Below are positions 1-8,850 of a stretch of DNA of 24,643 nt, piece by piece. Within the stretch, counting starts at the first letter, position 1, and each line of letters starts with the position of its first letter. Origin of the DNA: Mycoplasmatota bacterium (GTDB lineage: Bacteria; Bacillota_I; Bacilli_A; MAG-NZ); the NCBI GenBank assembly GCA_018394315.1, contig CP074575.1:2140615-2165257 (forward strand). The letters run 5' to 3'. The translations under genes were made by a program, and so were the position numbers. The notes under the pieces are model-generated. The model worked only from the letters and a program-made list of their open reading frames with translations. It did not search any database and had not been told where the DNA came from.

Positions 1-527
1 TTTCTCGAGTTATCATTAACATCCGCATTAAGAAGCACAGTGTCAATCGCTTTCTTGAATCCATATCGCTCTAAAAGTTTTCCATAATAATCATAGTTAT
101 AAGATGTAAATATTGAAGGCATTTCATTAAATCCCTTGATCATTACTCCCCTTCTGGTATCAGGATCAAATGGACTAAATGTCCCTTCACTATAATCAAT
201 CCCATTTAACTTCATATCTTCTTCCATGAAGCTAAATAATTCCTCTATAACAGAATAATTATTTATCGAATCAAAGTATGAGTAGTAACAAATTCTCTTT
301 CCTTGTTTCTTACTATAATCATATGTAAAAAGCAGTCTTCCAACAGCTTGTCCGTTTCGTATACAAAGTATAGCTTTATAAGTTTTATCTTCTAATACTA
401 TCTTTTTCAGTTCTTTCTTTTGAGCATAAAAAATAGGATATACATAATACTCATCATCCTTGTATAAATCTTTTATAAAATAAATAAATCGATTCAACTC
501 TTTTTTTGTATTAACTTCTATAATCAT
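1..527 (-). CDS. GNAT-fold N-acetyltransferase (YghO-like), truncated at window edge
   Basis: Not in ORF track. ATG at 527 with AGGAG RBS; open to the edge: MIIEVNTKKELNRFIYFIKDLYKDDEYYVYP...VGRL...YFDSINN...GVMIKGF...TSYNYDYYGKLLERYGFKK, resembling the YghO-like family pattern. Confidence 0.7.
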   Translation of the reverse strand, partial: MIIEVNTKKELNRFIYFIKDLYKDDEYYVYPIFYAQKKELKKIVLEDKTYKAILCIRNGQAVGRLLFTYDYSKKQGKRICYYSYFDSINNYSVIEELFSFMEEDMKLNGIDYSEGTFSPFDPDTRRGVMIKGFNEMPSIFTSYNYDYYGKLLERYGFKKAIDTVLLNADVNDNSR

Positions 528-810
528 TAGTATAACTCCTATCAAAAATTTAGCAACATTGGCCTACATAAAAACTTGTACTTCTCAATTTAAGCCTTTA
601 TTACTAGCGATTCATACTCTAATAAGTTATTTCATTCATACTCATTATAATACATTAGCTACTGATTTGTAAGTACTTATCTTCTTTTGCGATAATGATG
701 AATCATAATTTCTATAGCACATACCTTACTACCCATAGTTGAATAATTCGATAAAAATGATCAGATTAGAAAATTTAATAAGCACTGTTATAAAAAAACA
801 GAGTCATATT

Positions 811-867
811 TGAACTGCACCCCTTTCTTACTTGGTTAGTTTCCTCCAAGTTCTGGGGTGCAGTTCA
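811..867. mobile_element. 57-bp MITE / internally deleted IS3-family (IS150-like) remnant inserted in a terminator hairpin
   Basis: Perfect 13-bp terminal IR TGAACTGCACCCC / GGGGTGCAGTTCA with TG...CA ends, flanked by TATT direct repeats (807-810, 868-871). Removing it restores a CAGAGT/ACTCTG hairpin with A/T tails. Confidence 0.65.
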
Positions 868-886
868 TATTACTCTGCTTTTCTTA

Positions 887-926
887 TGACGACGGCAACG
901 GGTTTTGAACCAATACCGATGGTGTT
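887..926 (-). repeat. Degenerate tRNA-Trp 3' fragment (att-like site, truncated copy)
   Basis: Minus strand AACACCATCGGTATTGGTTCAAAACCCGTTGCCGTCGTCA is colinear with a tRNA-Trp 3' half (T-loop GGTTCRA, acceptor strand) and with the copy at 21925. Confidence 0.7.
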
Positions 927-1015
927 TTTCACTGTTTAATTTTGACCACTTTATATGGTTCACTATAGCTGTTAAAAATAACAATTATTGGATTACAGTA
1001 TTATTTCAAAGAAAT

Positions 1016-2230
1016 TTACCTTGTTTTTCTTTCTTTCACTAATTGAATAAATCCAACAGGATTAACTAACTTAGTTCGATTCACATTATATGCGCTCTCT
1101 AGCATCATATCATTCATTTTAAAAACATCAATATTAGGATCTACTTGTAATGCCATTGCAGCTAAAGACACTTGAACTGGCGTTGTCCAACTGGTACCAC
1201 CCCTATTCCAATATGTATAATGATCATCCATAGAAGAATTACCAAGAGTATATGTAGTAGGGAAAGTGACTCTATCAGTACCATTAAAAATAGGTTCGTA
1301 ATTTTCTGGATTATCTCTATCTAGATATGGTTTAATTAATGCAACACCATTGTCTGCAAAAAACACTACCATCCCGTTATCATTTGCAGCTTCTACAGCT
1401 TCTCTAAAATCAGATATGTTTGACTCACTTGGATCTGGATTGTCAGAAAATCCAATTATTTTAATTTTTCCATCTTCGGGTAATGTTTCATTTATCTCAA
1501 TTACCTTATATATAGCTTCACTGTGACTCTTTTGATCACGGAGATAAGCTGGATGACCTATAAAATATAGGTTAACATCAGGTGCTGCTCCCACCTTATC
1601 ACCTACAATAAGATTAGCAACACTAATGCCGTGCATTGAAGTTCCATAATCTATTGCATTATTATAATCAATCCATTCATAATGGATATTTTTACCCTGA
1701 ATTGACTCGTGTGATTCTCTTAAATCTTGATCAATATACGCAATATTAACTCCCTTACCTGTTATTCCCTGCTCATGTAAAGAAGTAATACCTAAGACAG
1801 GACTTCTCCCCCATTCAAGTACTGTCTTTGGATCAAATTCCTCTGGCATATACTCACTGCTAGGAAACCTATCATTACTATGAATAGTAAAATTTAACAA
1901 GTTATCTAGTGAATCCCTAAAATCATAATCTGTAAAATCATTCCTAGCTTTATATCTAAACTCAGAAGGAACCAAATCATTCCCGTCTAAAGTAGGACCA
2001 TACTCTTCTTCAGTCACATCTGAATCCTCTATTAGGCTACTTTCTTCTTGTTCTTCATCAATTACAGTTTCTTCTGTTGTAGACTCTTCTTTTACAGTTT
2101 CTTCCTCAATATTTGATTTATCTGTTTCTTTTTCTAGTGTTTCAGGACTATTAATTTCACTTACTTGCTCGCATCCTGCAGTGTTAATAACCATTATAAC
2201 CAATATAATTAATATAATTAATTTTCTCAT
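1016..2230 (-). CDS. S8 (subtilase) family serine peptidase, lipoprotein
   Basis: Start moved to MRKL (ATG 2230, GGAGGG RBS). Lipobox-like TAGC, acidic linker, triad motifs AYIDQ / SMHG / GGTSWTTP. Confidence 0.88.
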   Translation of the reverse strand: MRKLIILIILVIMVINTAGCEQVSEINSPETLEKETDKSNIEEETVKEESTTEETVIDEEQEESSLIEDSDVTEEEYGPTLDGNDLVPSEFRYKARNDFTDYDFRDSLDNLLNFTIHSNDRFPSSEYMPEEFDPKTVLEWGRSPVLGITSLHEQGITGKGVNIAYIDQDLRESHESIQGKNIHYEWIDYNNAIDYGTSMHGISVANLIVGDKVGAAPDVNLYFIGHPAYLRDQKSHSEAIYKVIEINETLPEDGKIKIIGFSDNPDPSESNISDFREAVEAANDNGMVVFFADNGVALIKPYLDRDNPENYEPIFNGTDRVTFPTTYTLGNSSMDDHYTYWNRGGTSWTTPVQVSLAAMALQVDPNIDVFKMNDMMLESAYNVNRTKLVNPVGFIQLVKERKTR

Positions 2231-2365
2231 AATACCCTCCTTTGGTATCAAAATATTTGAATCATCTAATTATCTATAGAAATTATACTTAACATGAACT
2301 TTTTTTATAGATCATGATAAAAGTTTTTATTAATATTGGAGCATAATAGGGGGAACACCTAACTG

Positions 2366-4789
2366 TTATTTAAGTAGATTATGTAAGGGTGATTCATCAG
2401 TTACTGTTATATTGTTAACTTTATCTTTACTAGAAACTTCTAATAAGCCTAAGTAGTGGAATGCAAGCGAATTATTAAGATTGAATTGATAATTACCTTC
2501 AGAAAGATATCTATTAGCCAAACTATTTGAAATATATATTCTTTTTGCATTCATAAAACTTTCACTCCATGATAAATTATGAAGATAAATACCTTTCATA
2601 GTCCCATAGAATAATGATACTCCATTATTTCCCTTTAACTCATTCAAAGGTGCATAAACATCTATACCACTATTTGATGTGATATATGAAGAAGCAATTA
2701 CATTGATTGCTTTACCCTCACTAAGCATTAGTTGAGTAATGTTTTCGTCATTTAATTGAGCTGCACCCCAACAATCCCAAAGGAACAAATTAAAATAGTT
2801 ATTGTCTAAATATCTATTTACATTAATGTTATTTAAGAAAGACTTCCTAACTTCTATTTCTCCACTTGTGCCTATAAAATACGCATTATCAATGTTATCA
2901 AATTGACCGTGCGAATTAATAACAAAATTGACTATTCCTTGTTCATTCTCATACTCAATGTTCTCAGGCTCAAATCCACCTAGAACAGGATTAGATACCG
3001 GATAGTTACCTTTTAAATTCCCATACAACTTATAATCATCATCTGACAAAATTCCAAAATACTTATCTAGTCTTAAGATGAAAGTTCCTAAATCATCTAG
3101 GTGTTTACGACTAGCAAAGATCGGATTAGAAAAGCTAACTAGAGGTAATCTCTTATTATTTGTTAATTCCTTATATTCTAAGTATCTATTGTAATAGTCG
3201 CATATTTCTCCTTCACCTAATGGTAATCTCGCTAGATCCCATTCAGGATAAAAGTTTATATCGATTTCATTTTCTTCAAAGATAGTATACATACTTAAGT
3301 TCTTATCAATTTTACTAGCATCATTTTTAAAGTTAGAATAAAAATGGTCCGTGTAGATAGTACCATAATCATGAATACCATATTCATCCATATTTACCTT
3401 ATCATGAATCATAAACGTGGGTACTTCCTCCCTTGATCCAAATATTTGAATTCCTTTTAGAATCAAATTCGTATTGGTATTCACTTTCTCTAAATAAGAA
3501 AGGATGCCCTGCGCTGTGTCAAAGTTCTTGACATCTATGATTTTAACATCTGTTTCATCATTAATTAGGGATTTACTATAGTCATTAATTGCTTCCAAGT
3601 CCATGGTATTTGCAAAAAGACTATTATAAAGAAGAACATAGTAATACTGACTTTCCGCTTTATTATTCTTTACTAAATCTATAAATCCTTTTGGGTTTAT
3701 AAGTTTATTACCATCGATGTTATACGCTGATTTAAGCATTAACTCTTCGATACTAAATGGATCTAAGTTAGGATTAACTTGTAACGCAAGCGCAGCTAAA
3801 CCAACTTGTACAGGTGTTGTCCAACTTGTATCACCACTTTCCCAAAATGTATAGTGTCTATCAGAGTCGGTATTTCCTGTTACATATGTGGTCGGGAATG
3901 CTAATTTATCCGATTTATGATAACTATTGAATTCGTAGTTGCTAGGCTCATCCCTATCCAAGGATTCTTTTATAGTTACTATATCATTGTTTGCAAAGAA
4001 CACCACTATACCATTTTCATTGGCAACCTCTACAGCTTCCTCAAATGCATCCTTATTTAATTCACTATCATCAATATTATCAGAGAAACCTATTACTCTT
4101 ATTTTTTCATCCAAAGCTAAGGTATCATTTATTTCCAACACTTTATAAATTGCCTTTGCATGAGTCCATTGATCCATTAAAAATGTTGGGTGAGCAATAT
4201 AATAAAGATTAACCTCAGGTGCCGCTCCAAACAGTAGATCTGTAACAGCAATCCCATGCATTGAGTTCCATAAGTCGATTTCACTGTTGCTTATAGTTAC
4301 ATAATCATAATATAAGCTTTTATCATCTAAAGCTTCATGGCTAATTCTTAATGGTTGATCTATATATGCAACACTAACTCCTCTCCCAGTAACACCTTCA
4401 TTATGTAAATTTCTTATTCCTAAAACAGGCTGCCTTCCCCATTCAAGTAAAGTAGTACGATGTTCCTCATCATTTATTGGTAAATAAGAAAATCCTCCAT
4501 CCTCTGAAGTTGAATTAAATTGATCCAACTTTAAACCGACTTGTTCTGTTTCGGTAATCTCATCTTGCTGAGTTTTTTCTTTTACTTCATCATCTTCTTT
4601 ATTTGAACCATCAGAATCTTCTTGATTATTTTCATCTTTTGCAGTATCCAAGTCATCTTCATCGTCATAACTCTCATTATTTAAATCTTCTGTCATCTCC
4701 ACCACTTCCTCTTTATAATAAGAATCTTTACATCCTGTTAAGGTTAAGAAATTACTTAAAATAATAATGATGATTAGTAATTTTTTCAT
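2366..4789 (-). CDS. Lipoprotein with S8 peptidase domain plus C-terminal C25 (gingipain-like) peptidase domain
   Basis: Lipobox LTGC; S8 motifs AYIDQ, SMHG, GDTSWTTP. C-terminal half has IFGS..EVP, TDHFY, PEWDLARLP, INSHG, WDCWG, FHYLG in C25 order. Confidence 0.8.
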   Translation of the reverse strand: MKKLLIIIIILSNFLTLTGCKDSYYKEEVVEMTEDLNNESYDDEDDLDTAKDENNQEDSDGSNKEDDEVKEKTQQDEITETEQVGLKLDQFNSTSEDGGFSYLPINDEEHRTTLLEWGRQPVLGIRNLHNEGVTGRGVSVAYIDQPLRISHEALDDKSLYYDYVTISNSEIDLWNSMHGIAVTDLLFGAAPEVNLYYIAHPTFLMDQWTHAKAIYKVLEINDTLALDEKIRVIGFSDNIDDSELNKDAFEEAVEVANENGIVVFFANNDIVTIKESLDRDEPSNYEFNSYHKSDKLAFPTTYVTGNTDSDRHYTFWESGDTSWTTPVQVGLAALALQVNPNLDPFSIEELMLKSAYNIDGNKLINPKGFIDLVKNNKAESQYYYVLLYNSLFANTMDLEAINDYSKSLINDETDVKIIDVKNFDTAQGILSYLEKVNTNTNLILKGIQIFGSREEVPTFMIHDKVNMDEYGIHDYGTIYTDHFYSNFKNDASKIDKNLSMYTIFEENEIDINFYPEWDLARLPLGEGEICDYYNRYLEYKELTNNKRLPLVSFSNPIFASRKHLDDLGTFILRLDKYFGILSDDDYKLYGNLKGNYPVSNPVLGGFEPENIEYENEQGIVNFVINSHGQFDNIDNAYFIGTSGEIEVRKSFLNNINVNRYLDNNYFNLFLWDCWGAAQLNDENITQLMLSEGKAINVIASSYITSNSGIDVYAPLNELKGNNGVSLFYGTMKGIYLHNLSWSESFMNAKRIYISNSLANRYLSEGNYQFNLNNSLAFHYLGLLEVSSKDKVNNITVTDESPLHNLLK

Positions 4790-4871
4790 TTTCTCTACTC
4801 CTTTATTAATTCAGAAATTTAGTCAGATAAATATATGCTTATCACTTAGTTAATAGTAAAACTGTTTTTAA

Positions 4872-4897
4872 AAGACCAGACAATTTGTCTAGTCCTT
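4872..4897. terminator. Hairpin, likely terminator after CPBP gene
   Basis: AAGACCAGACAA-TT-TGTCTAGTCCTT imperfect IR, followed by T residues on the minus strand. Confidence 0.5.
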
Positions 4898-4958
4898 GTA
4901 GATAATAAGATAGAACGGGAGAAATCTTAATATCCAATATCAACATTAAAATTCTTCT

Positions 4959-5777
4959 TTACATATCTTCCAATTTCTTGCTAAAGAAGAATTCAGGATC
5001 ACGTTTCACAAGCACGAATGCTACACCGAATAATACCAACGTAAGAATACACTTACTTACTTGATTAGCTTCAAAAATCTCTGAAGTAAAATTAACAAAT
5101 ACGTGGAATACTGCAACCAATAAGATACTTCTTTTATTTTTATAATATAACCAGTTCATTATAAATACTAACGGAATTATCCCTACAAAGAAGTTAATTG
5201 CGTAGATTGGATTCATTATCCAAAGTGAAGTTTGATAAGACCCTTCAATAAAGAATACTGGTAAATGCCATAACCCCCATATTAATCCAAAGATAATACT
5301 AGTTCTAAACAGATTATTTTTATGCATGATGCTATCTACACCATAACCTCTCCAACCCAATTCTTCAAGTATAGGTACTAACGCTAGAATTATTACACTA
5401 AGAATCATCTCTCCATCGAAAACTTTAAATTCTTGTGCAAATGTAAGTTGTTCAATAGGTTGTCCAAATATAACTGAAATCAATATAGATACAATCATAC
5501 CAATTGGTAAAATCAATAATGTAAATGGTAAGTATCTAATATTTATAAGTTTTACGTTAACCAACCTTCTGCGAAAATCTTTGAATAGTCCTTTTTCTCT
5601 TAAAATCGCAAATATAATTAATGCTGCGATAAATGGTCCCATGTATGCTAATAACAAAACAATCATATTCTTCGATCCTGAATTGTGACTTTGATATGCT
5701 AATATAAATCCATTTATCCATGTGATTGCAAAAGCTAAACCAAAGTATAATAGTGTACGATATTTATGTCCCTTCAT
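4959..5777 (-). CDS. CPBP family (CAAX/Abi) intramembrane metalloprotease
   Basis: EELGWRGY, WGLWHLP and FHVFVN motifs; multiple TM helices. Confidence 0.92.
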   Translation of the reverse strand: MKGHKYRTLLYFGLAFAITWINGFILAYQSHNSGSKNMIVLLLAYMGPFIAALIIFAILREKGLFKDFRRRLVNVKLINIRYLPFTLLILPIGMIVSILISVIFGQPIEQLTFAQEFKVFDGEMILSVIILALVPILEELGWRGYGVDSIMHKNNLFRTSIIFGLIWGLWHLPVFFIEGSYQTSLWIMNPIYAINFFVGIIPLVFIMNWLYYKNKRSILLVAVFHVFVNFTSEIFEANQVSKCILTLVLFGVAFVLVKRDPEFFFSKKLEDM

Positions 5778-5781
5778 TTTT

Positions 5782-6399
5782 TTACCTCTCTCCTAATAAT
5801 ATATTTTCTTCTAAGCCAAATACTCTTTCAATAATTTTGATCATTGTAATGCTTTTACTTACAATTTCTTCCTCAGTCCAACCAAATAAACTTTCATCTA
5901 AGAAAAACTGTGCTCCAGTAAGAAGAAATTGTATTGTATCAAGTACGTTATTTACTTTAAATGTACCTTCTTCAACACCGTCACTAACAATTGATGCGAT
6001 TATAGGTGATAGTTTCATCACAATAGCTACATTCATTTTTTCGTGTAATAATCTATTTGATGGTAAATGAAGAATATCCGCTGCCTTTTGAGTATCCTTA
6101 TTATTAATTTTATCACCACGCAGTAAAGTAGAAAATTTTTCTATTGGTGATAAATGTGGTGATTTTGCCAATTCGTCAGCAGATTTCAATACATTCTCTA
6201 AAGTTGTCTCTACAATTGCTTCAATTATGTCCTCTTTGGATTTAAAGTAGTAATAGAAAGTACCCTTTGCTACCCCAGCTTCTATTGTAATATCTTCGAC
6301 TGTAGTTTCATTGTACCCCTTTGTTTCAAAAAGCATCTTAGCTGAATGAATTATCTCAAATCTTCTTTCTTCAGGCTTCTTTTTTTTGATAGTAATCAC
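5782..6399 (-). CDS. TetR/AcrR family transcriptional regulator
   Basis: HTH motif TTVEDITIEAGVAKGTFYYYFKSKEDI; 4 bp upstream of the CPBP gene. Start codon uncertain. Confidence 0.92.
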   Translation of the reverse strand: MITIKKKKPEERRFEIIHSAKMLFETKGYNETTVEDITIEAGVAKGTFYYYFKSKEDIIEAIVETTLENVLKSADELAKSPHLSPIEKFSTLLRGDKINNKDTQKAADILHLPSNRLLHEKMNVAIVMKLSPIIASIVSDGVEEGTFKVNNVLDTIQFLLTGAQFFLDESLFGWTEEEIVSKSITMIKIIERVFGLEENILLGER

Positions 6400-6412
6400 T
6401 CCTTGCGATAGT

Positions 6413-6442
6413 ATAATAGCATACTGACTGACCGTCAGTCAA
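6413..6442 (-). promoter_or_regulatory. SigA-type promoter overlapped by a palindromic TetR operator
   Basis: TGACTGAC-C-GTCAGTCA perfect palindrome at 6425-6441 overlaps TTGACT-N18-TATTAT on the minus strand. Confidence 0.75.
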
Positions 6443-6610
6443 TAATTATTAGTATTTTTTTGAAATCAATAGAATATATCTATTAAATATAAAAAATTAT
6501 CTAGAAATTACAGTTAAATAAATATGATGGTTCTGTTAGTCACAAAATTGCAGGTGTAACATCCTTTAAACTAATATCAATAGTATAGGAGTATGAAAAA
6601 AGTCCCAGGT

Positions 6611-6641
6611 TGAACTAATACCCATAAAAAGGAGTAGTTCA
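6611..6641. mobile_element. Degenerate MITE-like scar within a terminator-like hairpin
   Basis: TGAACTA...TAGTTCA ends resemble the 811-867 element; flanked by AAAAAAGTC / GGCTTTTT. Confidence 0.35.
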
Positions 6642-6703
6642 TCAGAGGCTTTTTACTAGAAGACATATTGTGAGGAAATTTTAGTTTTAAACTAGTTTTT
6701 TCA

Positions 6704-7543
6704 CTATAGCCTTCCAACTAATGAAGTCAGGTGGTTCACAGTACTTATAATTTCTTTTTTTAAAAATTCGTTTGTATTTATTGAATTCTCAACCTCTACA
6801 TCTCGCTTTAGTAAACCAAAATTTCCCCAACTTGGTGAGAATGGTTTATAAGGCTTGTGTCCTGGTTTATGATCCCAGTGCGGTATATATGGTTTATATG
6901 GCTTATGGTCCGGTTTGTGGTCATCCCAGTGTGGTATTGGCACATGATGTGGTTTATGATTGTGTTCGTGATCATCCCAATAAGGAATATATGGTGTATA
7001 TGGTTCATGATCGTGTGTGTGATCATTCCAATCAGGAATATAAGGTGTATATGGTTCTGGTGCTGGGACGGGAGTTGGTTCAGGTATTGGAATTACATCA
7101 GGCTTTGGTGGTTCTGGTTTTGGTTTTGGTTTCCATTCTCCATCATCATCTTTAAAGTACTCAGTACAATCCCATTCCTCCATACCTTCAAAAATCTTAT
7201 TTAGAGAAATATCAATTCCTTTTGAATAATTACTTCCAAGATGCATACTTGCACTAAAAACTCTATCTATCACACATTGACAAGTTTCATATCTCAACTT
7301 ATCTATTCCCCAGTTGATAATTGGTTTAACCTTTAACAATGTTTCATTTTTAACTTCAGGATTCATCTCATTCCATCCTTCAGTCTTTAGATATTTATTG
7401 CCACTAAATTTGTACCAACTAAAATATCCAGCTACTGCAGCTCTTTTAATTAATTCCTCACACGGTAATACACCAAGATAATCATATATTGATATCGGAT
7501 GATAAAACATAAACTGCTTATCTTTACGGTATTGAGTTTTCAA
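6704..7543 (-). CDS. Hypothetical protein with Pro/His/Tyr/Trp-rich repeats, possible spore coat protein
   Basis: TTG start with AGGAAGGAG RBS; repeats like PYTPYIPxWDDHxHxH; upstream CATATTAT box. Confidence 0.65.
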   Translation of the reverse strand: MKTQYRKDKQFMFYHPISIYDYLGVLPCEELIKRAAVAGYFSWYKFSGNKYLKTEGWNEMNPEVKNETLLKVKPIINWGIDKLRYETCQCVIDRVFSASMHLGSNYSKGIDISLNKIFEGMEEWDCTEYFKDDDGEWKPKPKPEPPKPDVIPIPEPTPVPAPEPYTPYIPDWNDHTHDHEPYTPYIPYWDDHEHNHKPHHVPIPHWDDHKPDHKPYKPYIPHWDHKPGHKPYKPFSPSWGNFGLLKRDVEVENSINTNEFLKKEIISTVNHLTSLVGRL

Positions 7544-7874
7544 ATTTCTCTCCTTCCTAATCTTTATTCTCCTTATAATATGTTTTAATCTATTTTAAGA
7601 AATTATTAATGCCTACTTTTTTTATGATAAAATATCGTAAAAAATTCTTTGGAAATTAAATGACCAAACAAAGCATGTATAAAGACCTTAAAGGAAATTC
7701 TTACGGCTATGTTAAATGACAACAGATACGCTTCCACACGAAAAAAAAGCGAGAATTAACTTTTCCCCCTTTTAAGTTATGTTGTTACTAAAATAATAAT
7801 GCTAAGACCGAAATTCAAGAAATCCTTAAGTCAAGGTTAAAAACATATACGTAAGGTTATGAACTATCCTTTTA

Positions 7875-8108
7875 TCAACCTCCAATGATAACATCTAAGA
7901 TATTACTTGATAATGATGTTTTAGACTTGTATAGCTCAGTGTATCCACAAGTCGAGCAACTGATTGTTGTAAATTTCTTATTTTGAAGATCTATGATTTT
8001 ACTGAAACCACCACCTGTTGCAGAAAACTGACTTACTTCGGCCCCTTGGTTATTACACTTTGGACATCTAAATTTATCACTCACTTCTTTTGCTTCTTGC
8101 TTGTTCAT
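7875..8108 (-). CDS. Zinc-ribbon domain protein
   Basis: CPKC...CSTC, ATGGGFSKIIDLQ and GYTELY; AAGGAG RBS. Confidence 0.85.
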   Translation of the reverse strand: MNKQEAKEVSDKFRCPKCNNQGAEVSQFSATGGGFSKIIDLQNKKFTTISCSTCGYTELYKSKTSLSSNILDVIIGG

Positions 8109-8340
8109 CTGTATCTCCTTCCAATTTTTAATTTATTTTCATTTCACATTATGATTTATTATACTACATTATTCAATATTGCATATTATTTGATCGTATC
8201 TTATACCAACTCCATATTAGCCATAGTTTTTGCTACTTAGCTTTAAAATATTACTAAAATATATATATAATTTTAGAAAAAGTATATAATTTATTTACAA
8301 TTACTTTATTAAAAGTACGTGGGATGGAGGTCCAGTAAAG

Positions 8341-8814
8341 ATGAATAAAATATTCGGATATCGAATAGAGGTTTTAAAAGTAAATGCGTTAGAGAACGCA
8401 TTGACCCTTATAAAAGACGTTTTTATGGAATTCGAAGCTCCAGACTATAATAATGAAGGTATCAAAAATTTTATAGATTTTATAGAAATTAGTTCCATTA
8501 AAAATTTAACGCGCAGTCATATTCTAAGTTTTTGGGGATGTTATGATAAGGAAAAACTAGTTGGAGTAATCGCTACTAAGCAAATGAGTCACATAAGTAT
8601 GTTGTTCGTAGATAAATGTTACCACAGGAAGGGAATTGCAAAGAATCTATTTAAAACTATTCTTAAAAACGCTATAGTAAAAAATATTAAAGAAATAACT
8701 GTGAACTCGTCTCCTTATGCAGTAGAATTCTATCATAAACTAGGTTTTCTAGATACTAAGACTGAACAGACAATTGATGGTATAAGATTCACTCCGATGA
8801 AAATGAGTATTTAA
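8341..8814 (+). CDS. GNAT family N-acetyltransferase
   Basis: LFVDKCYHRKGIA motif A, VNSSPYAVEFYHKLGF; GGAGG RBS. Confidence 0.92.
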   Translation: MNKIFGYRIEVLKVNALENALTLIKDVFMEFEAPDYNNEGIKNFIDFIEISSIKNLTRSHILSFWGCYDKEKLVGVIATKQMSHISMLFVDKCYHRKGIAKNLFKTILKNAIVKNIKEITVNSSPYAVEFYHKLGFLDTKTEQTIDGIRFTPMKMSI

Positions 8815-8850
8815 CCAATCTTTAAAAGTTATAAGTAGTAGGGTGGTATT

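Noticed and set aside
915..960. Fluoride riboswitch suggested by CGATGGTGTT
   Set aside because: No closing stem or downstream GCTRATGAC..CT motif; the sequence is explained by the tRNA fragment.
4858..4897. AAAGACCAGACAA as a repeat copy
   Set aside because: Better explained as one arm of a terminator hairpin.
3939..7204. ORFs 3939-4148, 3991-4212, 5726-6070, 6772-7155, 6808-7026, 6857-7204
   Set aside because: Antisense or alternate-frame shadows of well-supported genes.
7795..7822. Possible tenth att-like copy (ATGCTAAGACCGAAATTCAAG)
   Set aside because: AGACCGAAA and the position between genes fit, but both arms are poor; kept only as a weak candidate.
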